From assembly GCA_023213395.1 (NCBI GenBank), contig CM041465.1, positions 156,929,741 to 156,993,740 of the forward strand: 64,000 bases of DNA. The letters are read 5' to 3'. Below the pieces are notes generated by a model. It saw only the letters and a program-made list of their open reading frames with translations, was not told the DNA's origin and ran no database searches. Source of the stretch: Cycas panzhihuaensis (lineage: Eukaryota > Plantae > Cycadophyta). This document shows, piece after piece, positions 13,801 to 27,200 of this stretch; within the stretch, counting starts at the first letter, position 1; the number at the start of each line of letters is the position of its first letter. Both the position numbers and the translations under genes were made by a program.

Positions 13801-14679
13801 CCTTCTATCCTAATTGAATTTAATAAAGTTTTAATTATGCTTTAAGGTATAAGTTCATAATGTCCTTAACTATTTAATTGCCAATACTATATCAATGTCT
13901 CTAATACAAAAGGTATAGTAATCTACTGAGAACTGTTGGGGTTAATGCTCATCACCCCACTCCCACCTTCCAACCAGGAGTGCACACCTCACATTTATCA
14001 ATTTACACATGTGGGTGCTCATATGTGTAGGTAAGTATAAGGTAAGTTTAAGTTGATTTAAGTTCATTTGAGTTAAGTTACGTTATTATTTTATTGTTAT
14101 TTAAATTTTAAAGGTTAAGGAGTTTCCCTCCTCCCCCAAACTATATATTTTGAGGGGTGTGTAAAATTAGTGTCTTTAGACATTGCCTATTTTTAGACAT
14201 TTGTAATACTCTCTCACAATAATAGATTGAATACAAAGGATTCTTGTTTATGTAACAATAATGTATTGATCTATGATTATTTGTTTATGTTCTGCCCTAT
14301 TCTCCATCGTTTTATTTTCCTACATTTGGTATCGAAGTGAGATTGTTGGGCTATTGCATCTTCATTTGAAGTTTTTTGAAGAAGAAGGAAGATTTATTGG
14401 CATTTGAAATAGATCTACTCACAAGCTAGCAAATATTGGTCATATTCATTTTCTACAAAGTTTATTAGTAAGTTTTTTGTATTTTTTATTAGAGATTTGA
14501 TTATTCTTGATTTTTACTTGTGAAATAATAAATATATTTTAATTTTTTTTCAAATTTGTGTAGGTGTATAGCTGCAAACAATAAATATCAAGTTTTATCA
14601 TTTTACAAGAGGTTTTATTAACAAGTTTTATATATATGATATTTTTCAAGTATATTTTTATCTATTTATCTAATATTTT

Positions 14680-15050
14680 TTTTCAGATCTGTGCAAGAGC
14701 ACAACTGCAAGTAATATTTATTCAAAGTTTTCTTCAGATTTGCTATATATTCTTTATATCTGCTTATTTAATTAAATATTTAACTATTTTTCTGGTTTAC
14801 TCTATTTATATCTGTAATATTTATTTCAGATCTGTAGTATTTATTTAAGTTTTCTTCAGATCTACTATATATTTTTTAGATATGCTTATTTTATTAATTA
14901 TTTCACCATTTTATGGTTTATTTGTTTTAGATCTATAATATTTGTTTCAGATCTACAATATTGGCTTCAGATCTACAATATTTACTTTAGATGTATAATA
15001 CTTACTTTAGATCTACAATATTTATTAAAGTTTTCTTTTAGATCTGTATA
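14680..15050 (+). repeat. Degenerate ~21-bp tandem repeat (TTYAGATCTACAATATTT core) in the copia leader; copy at ~32244-32615
   Basis: About ten AGATCT-centred units visible, most regular at 14926-15025. Confidence 0.8.
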
Positions 15051-15648
15051 TTTTATCACATATTTGACCACTTATTTTTAAGTTTTTTTTTCCAGATATG
15101 TAAGTTTTGGTGTATATTTAGTCTAACAAACTATATATTATAGCAGATCTACCTACTGGAGAAATTTGTTTGAAGCTTCAATTTGTGTGGAAGAATATCT
15201 CATCTTTGGAAGTCAATTTGTTACAAATCTGTCATAATTTCTTACCAGGTTCTACATATATATAATTTTTTTCAGATTAAACATTTATATATTTCTTATT
15301 TTTTTGATATAACTACTCCAATATATTTGAAATATTTTAGATACAAATATATATGGATTTCATTTATTTGATATATTTTTGTTAGTATATTTAAAAATTT
15401 ATCTGATTTCATTTGTAGCTCTATTGAATCACTAAAGTTTTTCATGCCTCTCTATAAATATAATTTTTTTTGATATATCTCTTCTGTAATATACATATTA
15501 TACAAAGATTATTATTATTATTTTTTTCAACAAAAAAATCTTAACTTCATAAGTAATTTTGTCAGTCTCTTCATTTCTTCAGGGATTGTAGTTTGACAAA
15601 GTGCCAAAATAAGAAAGAACATATGAATAACATCTCAGAGAAATTGAA

Positions 15649-15776
15649 AAGATCCACTAAGCTAGTAGATTATGTCATTTGTTCTTGGATTGATCCACCT
15701 GCCTTTGTAAGAATATGCACAATACCTTTTTTAATACGCTCATTATTCTCTTTAAGAAGTCAAGCAAATATTCTTC
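15649..15776 (-). pseudogene. PDS5A: Captured fragment of sister chromatid cohesion protein PDS5 (PDS5A-like), copy 1
   Basis: LLKENNERIKKGIVHILTKAGGSIQEQMT*STSLVDL resembles recalled plant PDS5A LLKDDNEIIKEGVLHVLAKAGGTIREQL..SSSVDL. Confidence 0.8.
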
Positions 15777-16146
15777 ACAAGTAGATTCATGCTCGATACA
15801 ATGAAGTCATCCTTCCAGTGAATCAAATCATACTAATGTGTTGTCTATCTTAACATATTATTACTTAAGCCTTACTAAGCAAAACAAAAGACTCTTCATT
15901 TTCTTAAATTTTGTACAGTTATGTCCCATGCTCATTTGCTCTGATTTGAAATCAACAAAATAAAGAAGTTTCCTACTAATATTTCTTGTTCATAGTGCAT
16001 TTACCATTACAATAGTCACTAAATATAGTCAATCACTTTACTATTGCCATCGTCCTCCACGTTGAGCTACCCCTTCAACTCTAGATAGCCATCCTTCCAT
16101 TCAAATTCTGAGGGATAGTGGCCTGTCATCCATCGATTATTATTCT

Positions 16147-16445
16147 AGCTCCTATAAGATCCATTGATGAGCCATAATGAAATGTGACGACTGAGACATC
16201 TACATTCAAATTAAGTAGTAATTACAAACAATAAAAATATCCATTCAATGAAGCCATATGAAGAGCTGTAATCCCACTATCTGTTGCTCTGTTCACGAAT
16301 TTGGAGAGTGCATTCTGGTTAAACTGGTGTCACGTCATTGAGGCATCATCCTTATTGTCAAAAGCTAGAGATAGACCCAATTGGTAAGGGCACTTTCGAC
16401 AAAGTTTGCAACCACAAACTTGATGCATCTTATATGACCATTTAC
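16147..16445 (-). pseudogene. XBAT33: Captured ankyrin-repeat fragment of an XB3-family E3 ligase (XBAT33-like), copy 1, with a 1-bp frameshift
   Basis: [55 protein letters not shown] versus recalled XBAT33 [56 protein letters not shown]. Confidence 0.9.
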
Positions 16446-16455
16446 TCCTATTTAA

Positions 16456-16794
16456 GTGAAAGGCCTCTAGCTCTTGAATACGCATTGCCCAAGCCTAGGC
16501 ATGTTGCAACTATCCATCCTTGTATAAAATCACATCTTGTGCAGTACAACACTGCTGCTCCATTTCTTAGATTTGGTTTTCCTTTTCACGTAGTTATTCT
16601 TTCAAATCCTATATTTGTGCAAGATGATGTGCTCTTTTATCATCACACTGTGCAACTATTATTTTCTGCTCAGATATAGCAGTATCACATTCCCATCAGA
16701 AAGTAGCTAGCTCATTACTCTATTCTCTAAGCAAGCCATCCTTAGCCCATACTACTTCATTGGTCTCAATCTGATTTGCATGAAGCTACCTCTG
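16456..16794 (-). pseudogene. Captured fragment of a conserved uncharacterised plant coiled-coil protein, copy 1
   Basis: LHANQIETNEVVWAKDGLLRE*SNELATF*WECD...I*DLKE*LREKENQI*EMEQQ..AQDVILYKDG*LQHA*AW resembles the recalled AWAKEDLLREQNKELATFRRERD...AQETILYKDEQLREAQAW family (AT5G08440-like). Confidence 0.8.
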
Positions 16795-18718
16795 GCGCCC
16801 TTCACATTTGGATGGCCTATTCACTGTGCACAACATGTACCGACTAGGTTGCCTTAAAAGTTTACAGGCATTCACTTCTTGAAGTTCCATGTGGGCATCT
16901 ATCACGCTTCTCAGAAGCCCAATGTCCTTCGCTCGCTTCTCCGGGTCATCATCGACGAAGCAATAAAACCCTAAGAAGGGTTCTCTTGTGAGGCGTGAAG
17001 GGTTTGCTTTCATTGAAGCCTTTATGCTTCTACTTCACCCATTCACGGATCGGTCCCGACGTCTGTATGAGAATGACGCAAGGCCACAGTAAAAAAAATC
17101 AAAAAGTTTTTAATATATTTTTTTATATAAAGTTTAAAATTATTAAATTAATTTTTATAAAAATTTTAAATTCAAGTTTAAAAATCTTTAGCCCTCGACA
17201 CTTTAGCCTCAAATTTCGTGTCCCTACACATGACTGTCGCTTATCATTAAAGGGGTCAACAACGTTTATAAACTTTTTTTCTTTTTTGTTTTTTTAATTT
17301 TTCATTTCACAAAGGGTACTTGGTGGTATTTTTACCGTAACGTTTCACTAGGTCATTAGTTTCTAATGAAACCTATCCCATTGCATCCAGAATTTTCTAA
17401 GTTGTAATTTTGACTAGTCATATGACCTATTTGGAGCTAATTCGACCAGGTTTTAATCAGTTCAAAGTCAGGCATTGATTTTTAGATCATTTTAAAACTA
17501 TTTTCATAAAATCCATTTTTCATTATATTATATTTTATTACCAAGTGATTATTTTCTACCCGGATCTATTCTCAAATATCTACTATCAATAAACTTCGTT
17601 ACCATCTATTTATTTTAATTTTTAAGATCTATTCTAATCATTATTTTAATTGACCAAAGTGACACTTTAGTGTTTTTTAACACTTTTTGAACATTTTACC
17701 ATAAAAGTACTTGTTGCCATTTTCATTATAACTTTTCTGTTTTACATCATAATTCAAATCCGTTAGTTTTGTTGGGAAGCTGACTCACTCCTCTTCGAAC
17801 TGACACTATTATTTATAAGTTTTAATTTTTTTTTTTTAATTTTCAAACCTATCAAAATTGAGATACTTAATAGCCTCTAATTTATCATTTTTACATCTTT
17901 TTATATATTATTTTTCAAGTTTTTTCAACTAAAAAGTATATTAAGCCACTCTATAAATCATATTTGACTATTTTACATTATTCTATAATTTTTTATTAGC
18001 ATTTTTATAATCTTTTAAACCTCAGGCTCCTGTTAGGCCTTAAAAAGAGGATTGTACCTTTGGTTCATCAAAATATTAACTTCTAGGAACCCGTTTTCAA
18101 AATAGTCAGTTCCATTGAATAGTCCTTTGTTAATCTTCAATTTGGTATAGTTTCACTTTATTATGATATATTTTAGTACAACTTTGAAGCTACTAAACTT
18201 GAGCATTTGACATATACCAATATTTAAAAAATTAAAAGGTTGAGAATTCTTTTATTTTTCATCATCAAAGTTTCAATTCAGATTTGTATAATTAAGAGGA
18301 TCTTAGTTACTTTTAAAATTTACTTATAAATAAATTATATTTTAAATTTTATTTGAAATTAGATTTTATAAGTTTATCATTTATTTGAAAGACATTTTTT
18401 ATTTATCTTTATTAAAAAGATCATTTCCCTATTTGCTTTCACTTTCCAAAGTCATTTTTTTTTCACTTTCAAAGGGCATTATATTTCTTGAGTATATTTA
18501 ACATCATATAAGTTTGTCATATTTATTCATTTATTAAGTTTTTTGACTTGGTAAAAACATATTCTTTTTTATGTACTAAAATTTTTCTACAAAATGGCAA
18601 TCAATCTTAATAAAGTGCAATTTCTTATATTTGCTAGCCATAATTTTTCACTATGGCATAAAACTATATCAAATTATTTTATTACACATGATCTTTGGAA
18701 CTACTTATAGGATGAATA

Positions 18719-21305
18719 AGATTGTCAATGATAAGGACTCAATGTTTACAAGTAACTTTTGGACCAAACTCTTTTAAACAATAGGGAACAAGATAATAAT
18801 AATCACACTATGTCACCCATAAATAAATGGATAAGAAAAGGTAGTCAACAAGTGTTTGGAAGGGTATCTTTAATGTTGTGTGTTAGACAAGCAAAATTAA
18901 TGGAATCATCGACTTCCCCTAGAGGAATGGTGGTATAATGTAATTTACCATACTAAGAGACAAATGGCTCCCTTTAAGGCATTATGGGTGTGAACCTCAA
19001 GCTCTCAAGAACTATGCCATAGAGAATTCTAAGGTTTAAGAAGTAGAGGAGCATCTATAAAAAATAATAGTGATACTGAGGATACTGAAAGAAAATCTTA
19101 GCTTAAAATCAAATGCAATAACAAGTAAATAAACAAAGAAGCAAACACGTGTTTCATCCAGGAGATTGGGTTTATTTGCACTTACAACCATATGATCAAA
19201 CTTCACTTAAAAGAAATGATAAAGATAAACTAAATCTAAGGTTATATAGACCCTATAAGGTTCTTAGATAAATTGGGAAAGTGGCTTATGCCCTAGCATT
19301 CATTATAACATCCAAAGTTAATAAAGTTTTATGTGCATCCCATATTAAAAGGGTAATTAGATAACAAGTGTAGACATAAGAAGGACTACCAATACTAAAC
19401 AATGAAAGAAGGCTCTAACTAATACTCAAAAAAATTCTTAAGGAGAGGGTTAGACACTTATATTTGCAACATGTTAAGGAGTATCTCATCAAATAGAAGC
19501 AACTACCATAGGAAGATTCTACTTAGGAAAGTGAACGATTTATTTAAGAACATCCATAGTTAATCAAGCTTAGAGGGTAAAGCTTTTTAAAGGGAGGGAT
19601 TTGTTAATAACTCAATCCTTTCTTTTCTTCTCATATTCCTCTATTCTCTTTCTTATAATTATCCCACATGTATAAGTCCAAGAGTTGAGTGGCCTTAGTA
19701 GCTCTCTCTCTCTCTCTCTCTCTCTAGTAGAGAGGTTTCTTTGATTTCTCTATCTCATATTAAAAAGTTAAAGAAAATGTTGTCTTTGATGCCCTTTCCT
19801 AGCTCTCCATAGAGCCTCTCACCAACAAACCCATTATTCACGTAATTTCCAAACCACAACCATTATGGTTAATAGTCTTGGTAACTAAAAATTTATCCCA
19901 ATCAAAATTTAAAAATTATACTTTTAAAGTTTATAACTATAAAGATTGGTCCTTATACAACTCCTAGCTCTTATATTGAAATTGTATTTTTATTTACCTT
20001 TTCTCGTCTTTCATACCATGTATCTTAGCTAAATATCATTTCACTCCCCTTAGTGGTCACTTAGGATTCAATAAAATATATCATTGTATCTTATTTGATT
20101 TTTATTGGCCTAATATGAAATCCTCCATTCTTATGTTTTTCTCTAAATATGACACTTGCTTGAGAAAAAAAATCAATGCAAAATCTCAACTAGGCCTCCT
20201 CTAACATCTATATATACCTCAAGGTAAATGGCAAGATATTATTATCAGTCTTATCACAAGTTTACTATTATCTATTGGGTTTGACTTAATATTAGGAGTC
20301 ATTGATAAACTCATCAAATATGTATATTTTTTATCTATTCACACTTCTTATAAAACATCTTACCTAGCCAATCTTTATATTTATTCTATTGCTTATCTCC
20401 ATGGATTTTTTATCAATAATAATCTACAATCAGGATCCCAAATTTACTAGATCATTTTAGCAAGAACTCTTTCAAACTTATAGGACTTCACTTAACATGA
20501 GCTTAGATTACTATCTAAAAAAATGGTCAATTTGAAGTCCTAAATAAGACATTGGAAATGTATTTATGATACTTTGCATTTGCACAATAATGTAAATGGA
20601 CCTCATGGCTAGCTCTTGTAGAGTACTAGTACAACTCATCCCACCACTTGGTTATTGGTTTGTATCCTTTTATGGATTTCTATGGATATCCTCCTCCATA
20701 TTATCATACTCTTATCACTAATCTTTAAACTATTGAAGCCCAATAAAAAAATTAATATATGGACCAAATTCTTCATACACTTAAACAAAACCTTATAGTA
20801 GCTCAAAATTTCATGAAACAACTCACCAACTGCCACTATTCTAATTAATCTTTTGATGGGGATGACTTAGTTTTCCTTCACCTCCAACCATATAAGTAGT
20901 AGTCCTCAAACATTATAAAATTTAAAAGCTAAATTCATATTATTATGGTCTATACAAAGTTCTTCAATTAATTGTTGAAGTCATCTATGCACTCAAACTC
21001 CTTTCCTATAGAAAAATTCACAATGTATTCTATATCTCTTGCCTTAAAAGTACCTTAGTAAAAATACTATACATAAGTCTATCCTACTAGTTCTAGATGA
21101 AAAGCAATATCTTACTATTTTTTTTTTTACCATCTTCTAACCAGTTATCAATGTTGCCTTTAGAATAGGACCATTTTTAAGTACATGGTGTAATGGGTTA
21201 GTTGTAAACTAAATAAAGCAATATGGGAATTCACTAAATTTGTTAAACAACATCCTTATCTTCTTCTTGGCTTTGAGGACTTAATATCTGAAGGGAGAGG
21301 ACTTA
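18719..21305 (+). mobile_element. Duplicate of the two gypsy integrase-chromodomain fragments
   Basis: Copy of 1164-3745. Confidence 0.8.
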
Positions 21306-21689
21306 TTATATGACAATCCTTCACTAAGTAAAAATGGTTAGTTAGAACATATGATAAGAGACCTTGATGGTTTGTGCTATCCATTAACTTTTATGCATGA
21401 ATTACTTATGTTTGTTAATAGAATTAGAGGTCATTTTTCTTGCCAATTATATCTTAAGTAAAGAGGTATCTCTTACCTATTTAAGGTCAACTCATTGTAA
21501 AGTGAGGTTGTTGAGTCTTGTCTTTTCTTAAGAGGTTGTACTTTAGTACCCTTTATAGTTCTCTTCGGTGCCCTTGTGAGATCTTTTTCTTGTAATTAGA
21601 CTTCATCATTATTAATAAAATGTTGCATTATTTATCCAAGATCTTATTTTGGTACTCAAAGTTGAAGAATATTGGGACAAGTTCATCCT

Positions 21690-23750
21690 CCATTTTCCAT
21701 GTCTTCGTGAGGTCAACATAATAAGTGCAAATTTGTTAAATGCCTTAGATTTTATCTAGAGAGGCATAAATATTTTCTACTTGAATTATTCTTATGGTAA
21801 AGATAGTGTCTCTCTTCTAATTAATCCTGGTTTCAATAACTCTATACTTAATTTTAGGTTCAACCCTTGTAATAGGGTGGTTTAGGCTTCTTTACAAATT
21901 GGTAATAAGGCTTTTAGTATAGTATGTTCCTATGCTCTTAATGACCATTAAGAACACACTTCTCTTTGGAGATGGATGGTTAATAACATTCCTACTCTTC
22001 CTTGGTTCATTGGTAATGATTTTAATATGGTTGAAATACCTAAAGATAAAGGAGGAGCCCTTCCTTTTAGATGGAAGGAATCTGAAAAGGAGGATTAGAT
22101 ATAGATGAAAATAGATCTCTTAGTTAAAGGTCCTATTTAGAAGGAGTTTTTTTTTTTTCCCTAAGGAATTATAGTTTACTTAGTGTAATAATAGGAAAAA
22201 TAAGAATAGCATTTTTTATAGACTTAATAAGATTTTAGCCTTAGTTGATGATTATTAAAAAAATTATATAGTTTAAAGAGTTTCTAATAAAAATTTGAGC
22301 CTTTATCATCTCTGATCATTTTCCTATTTTAATAAAATATTAATTACCTCAGTATAGTAGATATCAAACATCATCTCTATTTAAATTAAATATCCTTTTA
22401 GTAAACTATGAGACTTGTAAAGAAGGAGTAATTAGATTATGGGATCTTTCTTCTAGGCCTAGTAGTAAATCTAGTTAGATCACTTGGTGGGATGGTTTGA
22501 TTAAAAGGGCTACTATTTTTCTTAAGGAGTTTGATATTCTAGTGGCCAAAATAAGGAAATTGAGAGTCAAAAGACTAAATTAGATAATAGATAGTTTGCT
22601 AAAAAGGTTGAATCTTCTCCTAATAATATAGAATTTATCTCTTACATGATTAGAGCTAAATATATTACTAGAACCTATGAATTGTATATTAAAGGAGCCA
22701 AAATCTAGTCTAAGTTGTAATGGATGAAAGAAGGAGACAAGGAATTGAATTTTATTTTGATTTTTTAAGAAGGAAGTATATTAGATAAAATATTTCTACC
22801 ATCCAAGTCAATAAAGGAAAGGCAACTAACTCCTAAGAAATTCTTTATGAATTTTTGTTCTTTTATCAAAATTTATTTCAAGAAGATGTTGAGACTAAAG
22901 ACAAATTTAAAATTTGGTAAATTATGTTTTAAATTTGTCCCTAAAATTTCATCCCAATATATAAAAGAGTTACACAAAAGTATTTCAATCAAAGAGGTGG
23001 AAGAGGCTCCTAATTCATTAAAAAATAAAAAATCTCCTTATCTCGATGGACTTTTGGTTGAATTTCACAAGGAATTTTAAGGTATCCTCAAATATGATTT
23101 GCTTAATATATTTCATAAAGTAATTTATCAACATGGTATGAGTCATTATGTTAATAAAGGGGTTATTAAGATGATTCTCAAAGCTAGTGATAAGGAATTA
23201 ATTAGGAATTAAAGGCCTATTTCTCTCCTTCATGTGTCCTATAAGATTTTAGCCATGATATTAGCTAGAAGATTATGTTTAATTTTTTCTCAAATGATCT
23301 CTTGTGAGTAAATAAGTTTTATCAATAGACTTTATATTTTAGAGAATTTATTATTTTTTTAGGAAGGTTTTAACTGGGCTAGTAGGTAATATAAAACAAT
23401 TGATGGTTATATTGGGTTTTGAGAAAGCTTATGGCAAAATTGATTAGTCTTTCATTGACCTTATGCTTAATCTTTTTGGGTTTGGTCAGTCCTTTTGTCT
23501 ATTGGTTAGAATTTTATTTTATAATACCAATGCATTAGTGATAGTTAATGGGTTGATTTTTAATTACTTTTGGATATAAAAGTCTATTAAATAAGGTTAT
23601 CATTTTATACTTTCTCCTTTTGCTTATGGCTAAAGCAATCAATTATCTTTTAAAGTATAAAATAGATAATAATATTATTATAGGAATTAGACTTTCTGAA
23701 TATGACAAGTAGTTGATAAAATTATATTTTCTGGATGACTTTTTATTCTT
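21690..23750 (+). mobile_element. Duplicate of the decayed L1/Tx1-like LINE ORF2
   Basis: Copy of 4130-6190. Confidence 0.85.
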
Positions 23751-24101
23751 TTCCTAGAAGTTATTTCCCTAATTTTGGGTATCTTGCCCTCAACCTAGGA
23801 GCATCAAATAATTCTTTCACTCTTAATAATTAGATACATTTAGATATGCATTCACTACTTATCATTTGCTTGATTCTACATTTGATTAAAGTTATCCTAA
23901 ATTGGATCTACTTCCATAAACATAAAAATAAAATAAAATAAAAGCTAAATAGGAGCTCCTAAGAGATAAATAGTTAAAAGACCTTAATTGAATTAACTCA
24001 TAAAAGATGTTTATAAATAAATGATAATTCTTTATTTATAGGTGTCAAATTAAACCGCCTAAAAAATAATTAACTTTCTAATAATAAAACCAACTTTTGA
24101 T

Positions 24102-24160
<59 letters not shown>

Positions 24161-24246
24161 GATATCTATGTTCTAATAATATTAAAACCAACTTTTTAAT
24201 AATTAAAGTTAACTTTTTATAGTTATATTATATTATAGCAAGTCCT

Positions 24247-27200
24247 CAAACCTTAAATAGCTAGTCTCGAATGTCTATGCTCCCCTAGCATAGGAAGAGA
24301 GGATTTGTTCATGGGAAAGGATGTTGGATGCCCTCAAAGAATGGAGGGGACCTTAGTTAATAGTTGGGGATTTCAATAAAGCTTTGTCCCCCAAAGAGAA
24401 AAAAGGCAATCAAGGAGGCTAAATGAAGAGTATGGAGAACTTAGGGGAATTCATGCAAAAGGGGGGTATGATGGGCATCTTTCACAAGGGCCTAAAGTTT
24501 GCTTGGTCTAATAGAAGGCTAGGAACCAACCATTTCAGGTCAAACTAGACAAAATTCTAGTGAACTATGCTTGGACAAGTTAGTATAATAATATAATTTT
24601 AGAAGCCATGCCAATGACAGTATTGGATCATTCCCCATTAGTGTTGGGATTTGCTAACAATATGAGATATATGGGAGCTCCCTTATGCTTTGAGCTCATG
24701 TGGACAAAGGACCTAAGTCTTTAGGAGATCATTAAATATTGGTAGACAATTATAGCAAAGGGTTGTGTGATGTTAAGGTTCTCTAAGAAGCTGAATTGGG
24801 TGAAACAACATGATAAAGAATGGAATAAGAGATTCCATGGGACCTTTTTTGAAATAAAGAATGAGATCTTAAGGGATCTCAAGGAACTAGAGGTGCAAAT
24901 ATAGGAGGAAGGGAGATCTCAATCCCTATATTAGAAGGAGAGGCATCCTTTCGAGTTAGAGGATCCTTCTAAAGGAGGAGATCCATTGGAAGTAAAATCT
25001 AGAACCATGTGGTTGGCTGAGGGAGATAGAAATACAAAATTCTTCCACATGACAATGTTGAAACATAAATCTTGAAACCAAATCAAGGTCTTGGTTAATA
25101 AGGATGGTGAGCATATTTCAGAGTAGAGAGGTTTAAAGGAAGTGGTGGTGGACTACTTCAAAGATATGTTCAATGAACCTGGATGCCAGGATAGGAGGGT
25201 CATGAGAGAGCTACTTGGCCTGATTCCTAAGATTGATGGGGAAGAAGCAAATAGAATGCTAAAAGCCCTATTCTCTCTAGAAGAAGTTAAAAGTGTTGTC
25301 TTTAGTATGAAGAGGGGGAAAGCACCTAGTCTAGATGGCTTCGCCCCTAGTTTTTTCCAAGAATATTAGGATATTATTAAAGATGATCTGCTAGAAGTTG
25401 CCATAGAATTCTTTGAGAATGACTAGATCCATGGAGAATGGCAGGCTACTTTTTTTGTCCTGATTCCAGAGAAAGGAGACGCAAAAAGGATGGAGGACTT
25501 TAGACCCATTAGTCTCTACAATATGAAGTACAAAATTTTATTAAAGATGTTAGCCAATAGGCTTAAGAGTACCCTACCTCTAGTTATATTACGTAATCAT
25601 AATGGTTTCATAAAAGGCAGATAGATATTGGATGGAATAATTGTGGTCCATGAAACTATCCATTAGACCTCCCAGAAGAAAGAGCATGGGATGATCATCA
25701 AAATTGACCTTTCTAAGGCTTATGACAAGGTGTCGTGGGAGTGCCTAATGGGTTGCATTAAAGCTTTCAACTTAAGAGACTATTGGGTGAGGTGGATAAA
25801 TAGCTGTATCTCAAAGCTAAAGTTCTCTATAATTGTTAATGGCACTTTGACAACCTTTTTCCCAGGCTTCATAAGTTTGAGGCAAGGGGACCCCTTAGCC
25901 TTGTACCGATTCATTATCATGGTAGAACTAATGGGAAGGTCTATAGAGGAGGCCAATAATGTAGGTAAGCTTATGGGTTTAAAATCTACCTTGAGGATGG
26001 ATAATGTAATTCATTATCATTTTATTGATGATAATAGTTTGCTGGGGAGGGATATTATTACAGACCCCAAAGCCATAAAGAGTGAGCTCAAAAGGTTTAA
26101 GGCTGTGATGAACCGGAAGATAAATCTTAATAAGAGCATCATATATTTTCTAAATACCATGGAGAGAATCCAAGGATTTATTAACAAGATACTTGAAATG
26201 CCTATCAGGAGGCTCCCAACTCTATTCCTTGGCATGATGCTATTTGTGGGTAGAATGAAGAAGAATCTGTAGAACATGACTATCGATTAGATGCAAAGGA
26301 AGTTGGTTGGCTGGAAGGGAGCTCTCCTTTCTCAAGAAGGAAAACTTTAGCTATTAGTGGCCTCTCTCCTAAGTGTCCCAACATATATGATGTCATTATT
26401 TAGGTGCCCAGTGAAGGTGATTAATGCCTTAGAATCTATTCAAAAAAGGTTCTTATGGTTTGGAGTAGAGGAGAGGGACAAAATTCATTTAGTAGCTTGG
26501 GAGAAAATGTGCCTCCCTAAATGGGACGACAGGTTGAATGTTAAAAAATTACTTATTTTAACAAGCTTTGGTGGCTAAATTGGGACGGAGAGTGGACAGG
26601 AAAGATAAAAGTATGTGGTGTGTGATTATGGCCCAAAAATACCTCAAGGACAAGCAATATCTTAGTGATGATCACTTGGGTAAGCTAGGTTTCACGATAT
26701 AGAGGAGCCTAACTTATGTAAGGATGCTACTGATAAAGGGAGCTCAATGGTGCTTGAGGGATGGAAAGAGGATCAACTTATGGGAGGAATTTAGTATGGA
26801 CAATCCCAATTGAAGGAGAGACTAGCTATTGGCCCCATCTAGGACACCTATGAAAGCTTATATGCGAGGAAAGTCAAGGACTACTAGGAGACATAAGGGG
26901 GTATAAAGAACTAGAGGCATTTTGACGATATTGCTCATAATTGTATGAATAAAGAGTAGATTGAGATACTTAGGCATGATCTAAGTAAAAGCTATATCCT
27001 TAAATATCTTAATCCAAATTCCATGATCTAGCCATGGTCCCCTTTGGGAAATATTCAATGAAATCAGGTTATCTGGTCCTAATCTCAAAAAAAGGACTAG
27101 ATAAGAACAAGGTGTTAGGGGATGTATGGAATATGGGCTTAATCCCTAAGGTAGCCATCTTTTAATGGCTCTGCCTTAAGAATAAGATCATAACCATAGA

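Larger units (their letters stand above)
6330..13933 (-). mobile_element. Duplicated 3' half of the chromodomain Ty3/gypsy element (3' LTR 6330-6674, pol 10813-13933), interrupted by a LINE
   Basis: Minus strand DGSF*MCIDYKALN..KDKYPIPHMDD (RT), VFFDNIPIYS, integrase H/C motif, chromodomain EYLIK*KGLPQKEATW, PPT AAGGGGAGGGAC. Confidence 0.9.
1164..18718 (+). repeat. Tandem segmental duplication unit, full copy 1 (~17.56 kb)
   Basis: Collinear and about 99% identical by eye to 18719-36293; ORF track duplicated at an offset of ~17,560. Confidence 0.97.
13934..18718 (+). mobile_element. 3'-truncated copy of the gene-capturing copia element (5' LTR 13934-14324, PBS 14327-14338, cassette, gag start)
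   Basis: TG...CA LTR matching 36876-37270, preceded by AGAAC; cut by the tandem junction. Confidence 0.92.

Noticed and set aside
14680-15050. AGATCT repeat array as CRISPR-like, or ORF 14636-14848 as a membrane protein
   Set aside because: Eukaryotic retroelement leader; degenerate tandem units without unique spacers; the ORF is a low-complexity artefact
16338-16679. 113-aa plus-strand ORF (and 33941-34240) as a novel gene
   Set aside because: It is the antisense shadow of the captured host fragments; non-ATG start, the N-terminus differs between copies, and no recognisable domain
16786-17013. 75-aa minus-strand ORF as the start of an intact chimeric protein
   Set aside because: Not preserved in the second copy, and the downstream frame carries many stops
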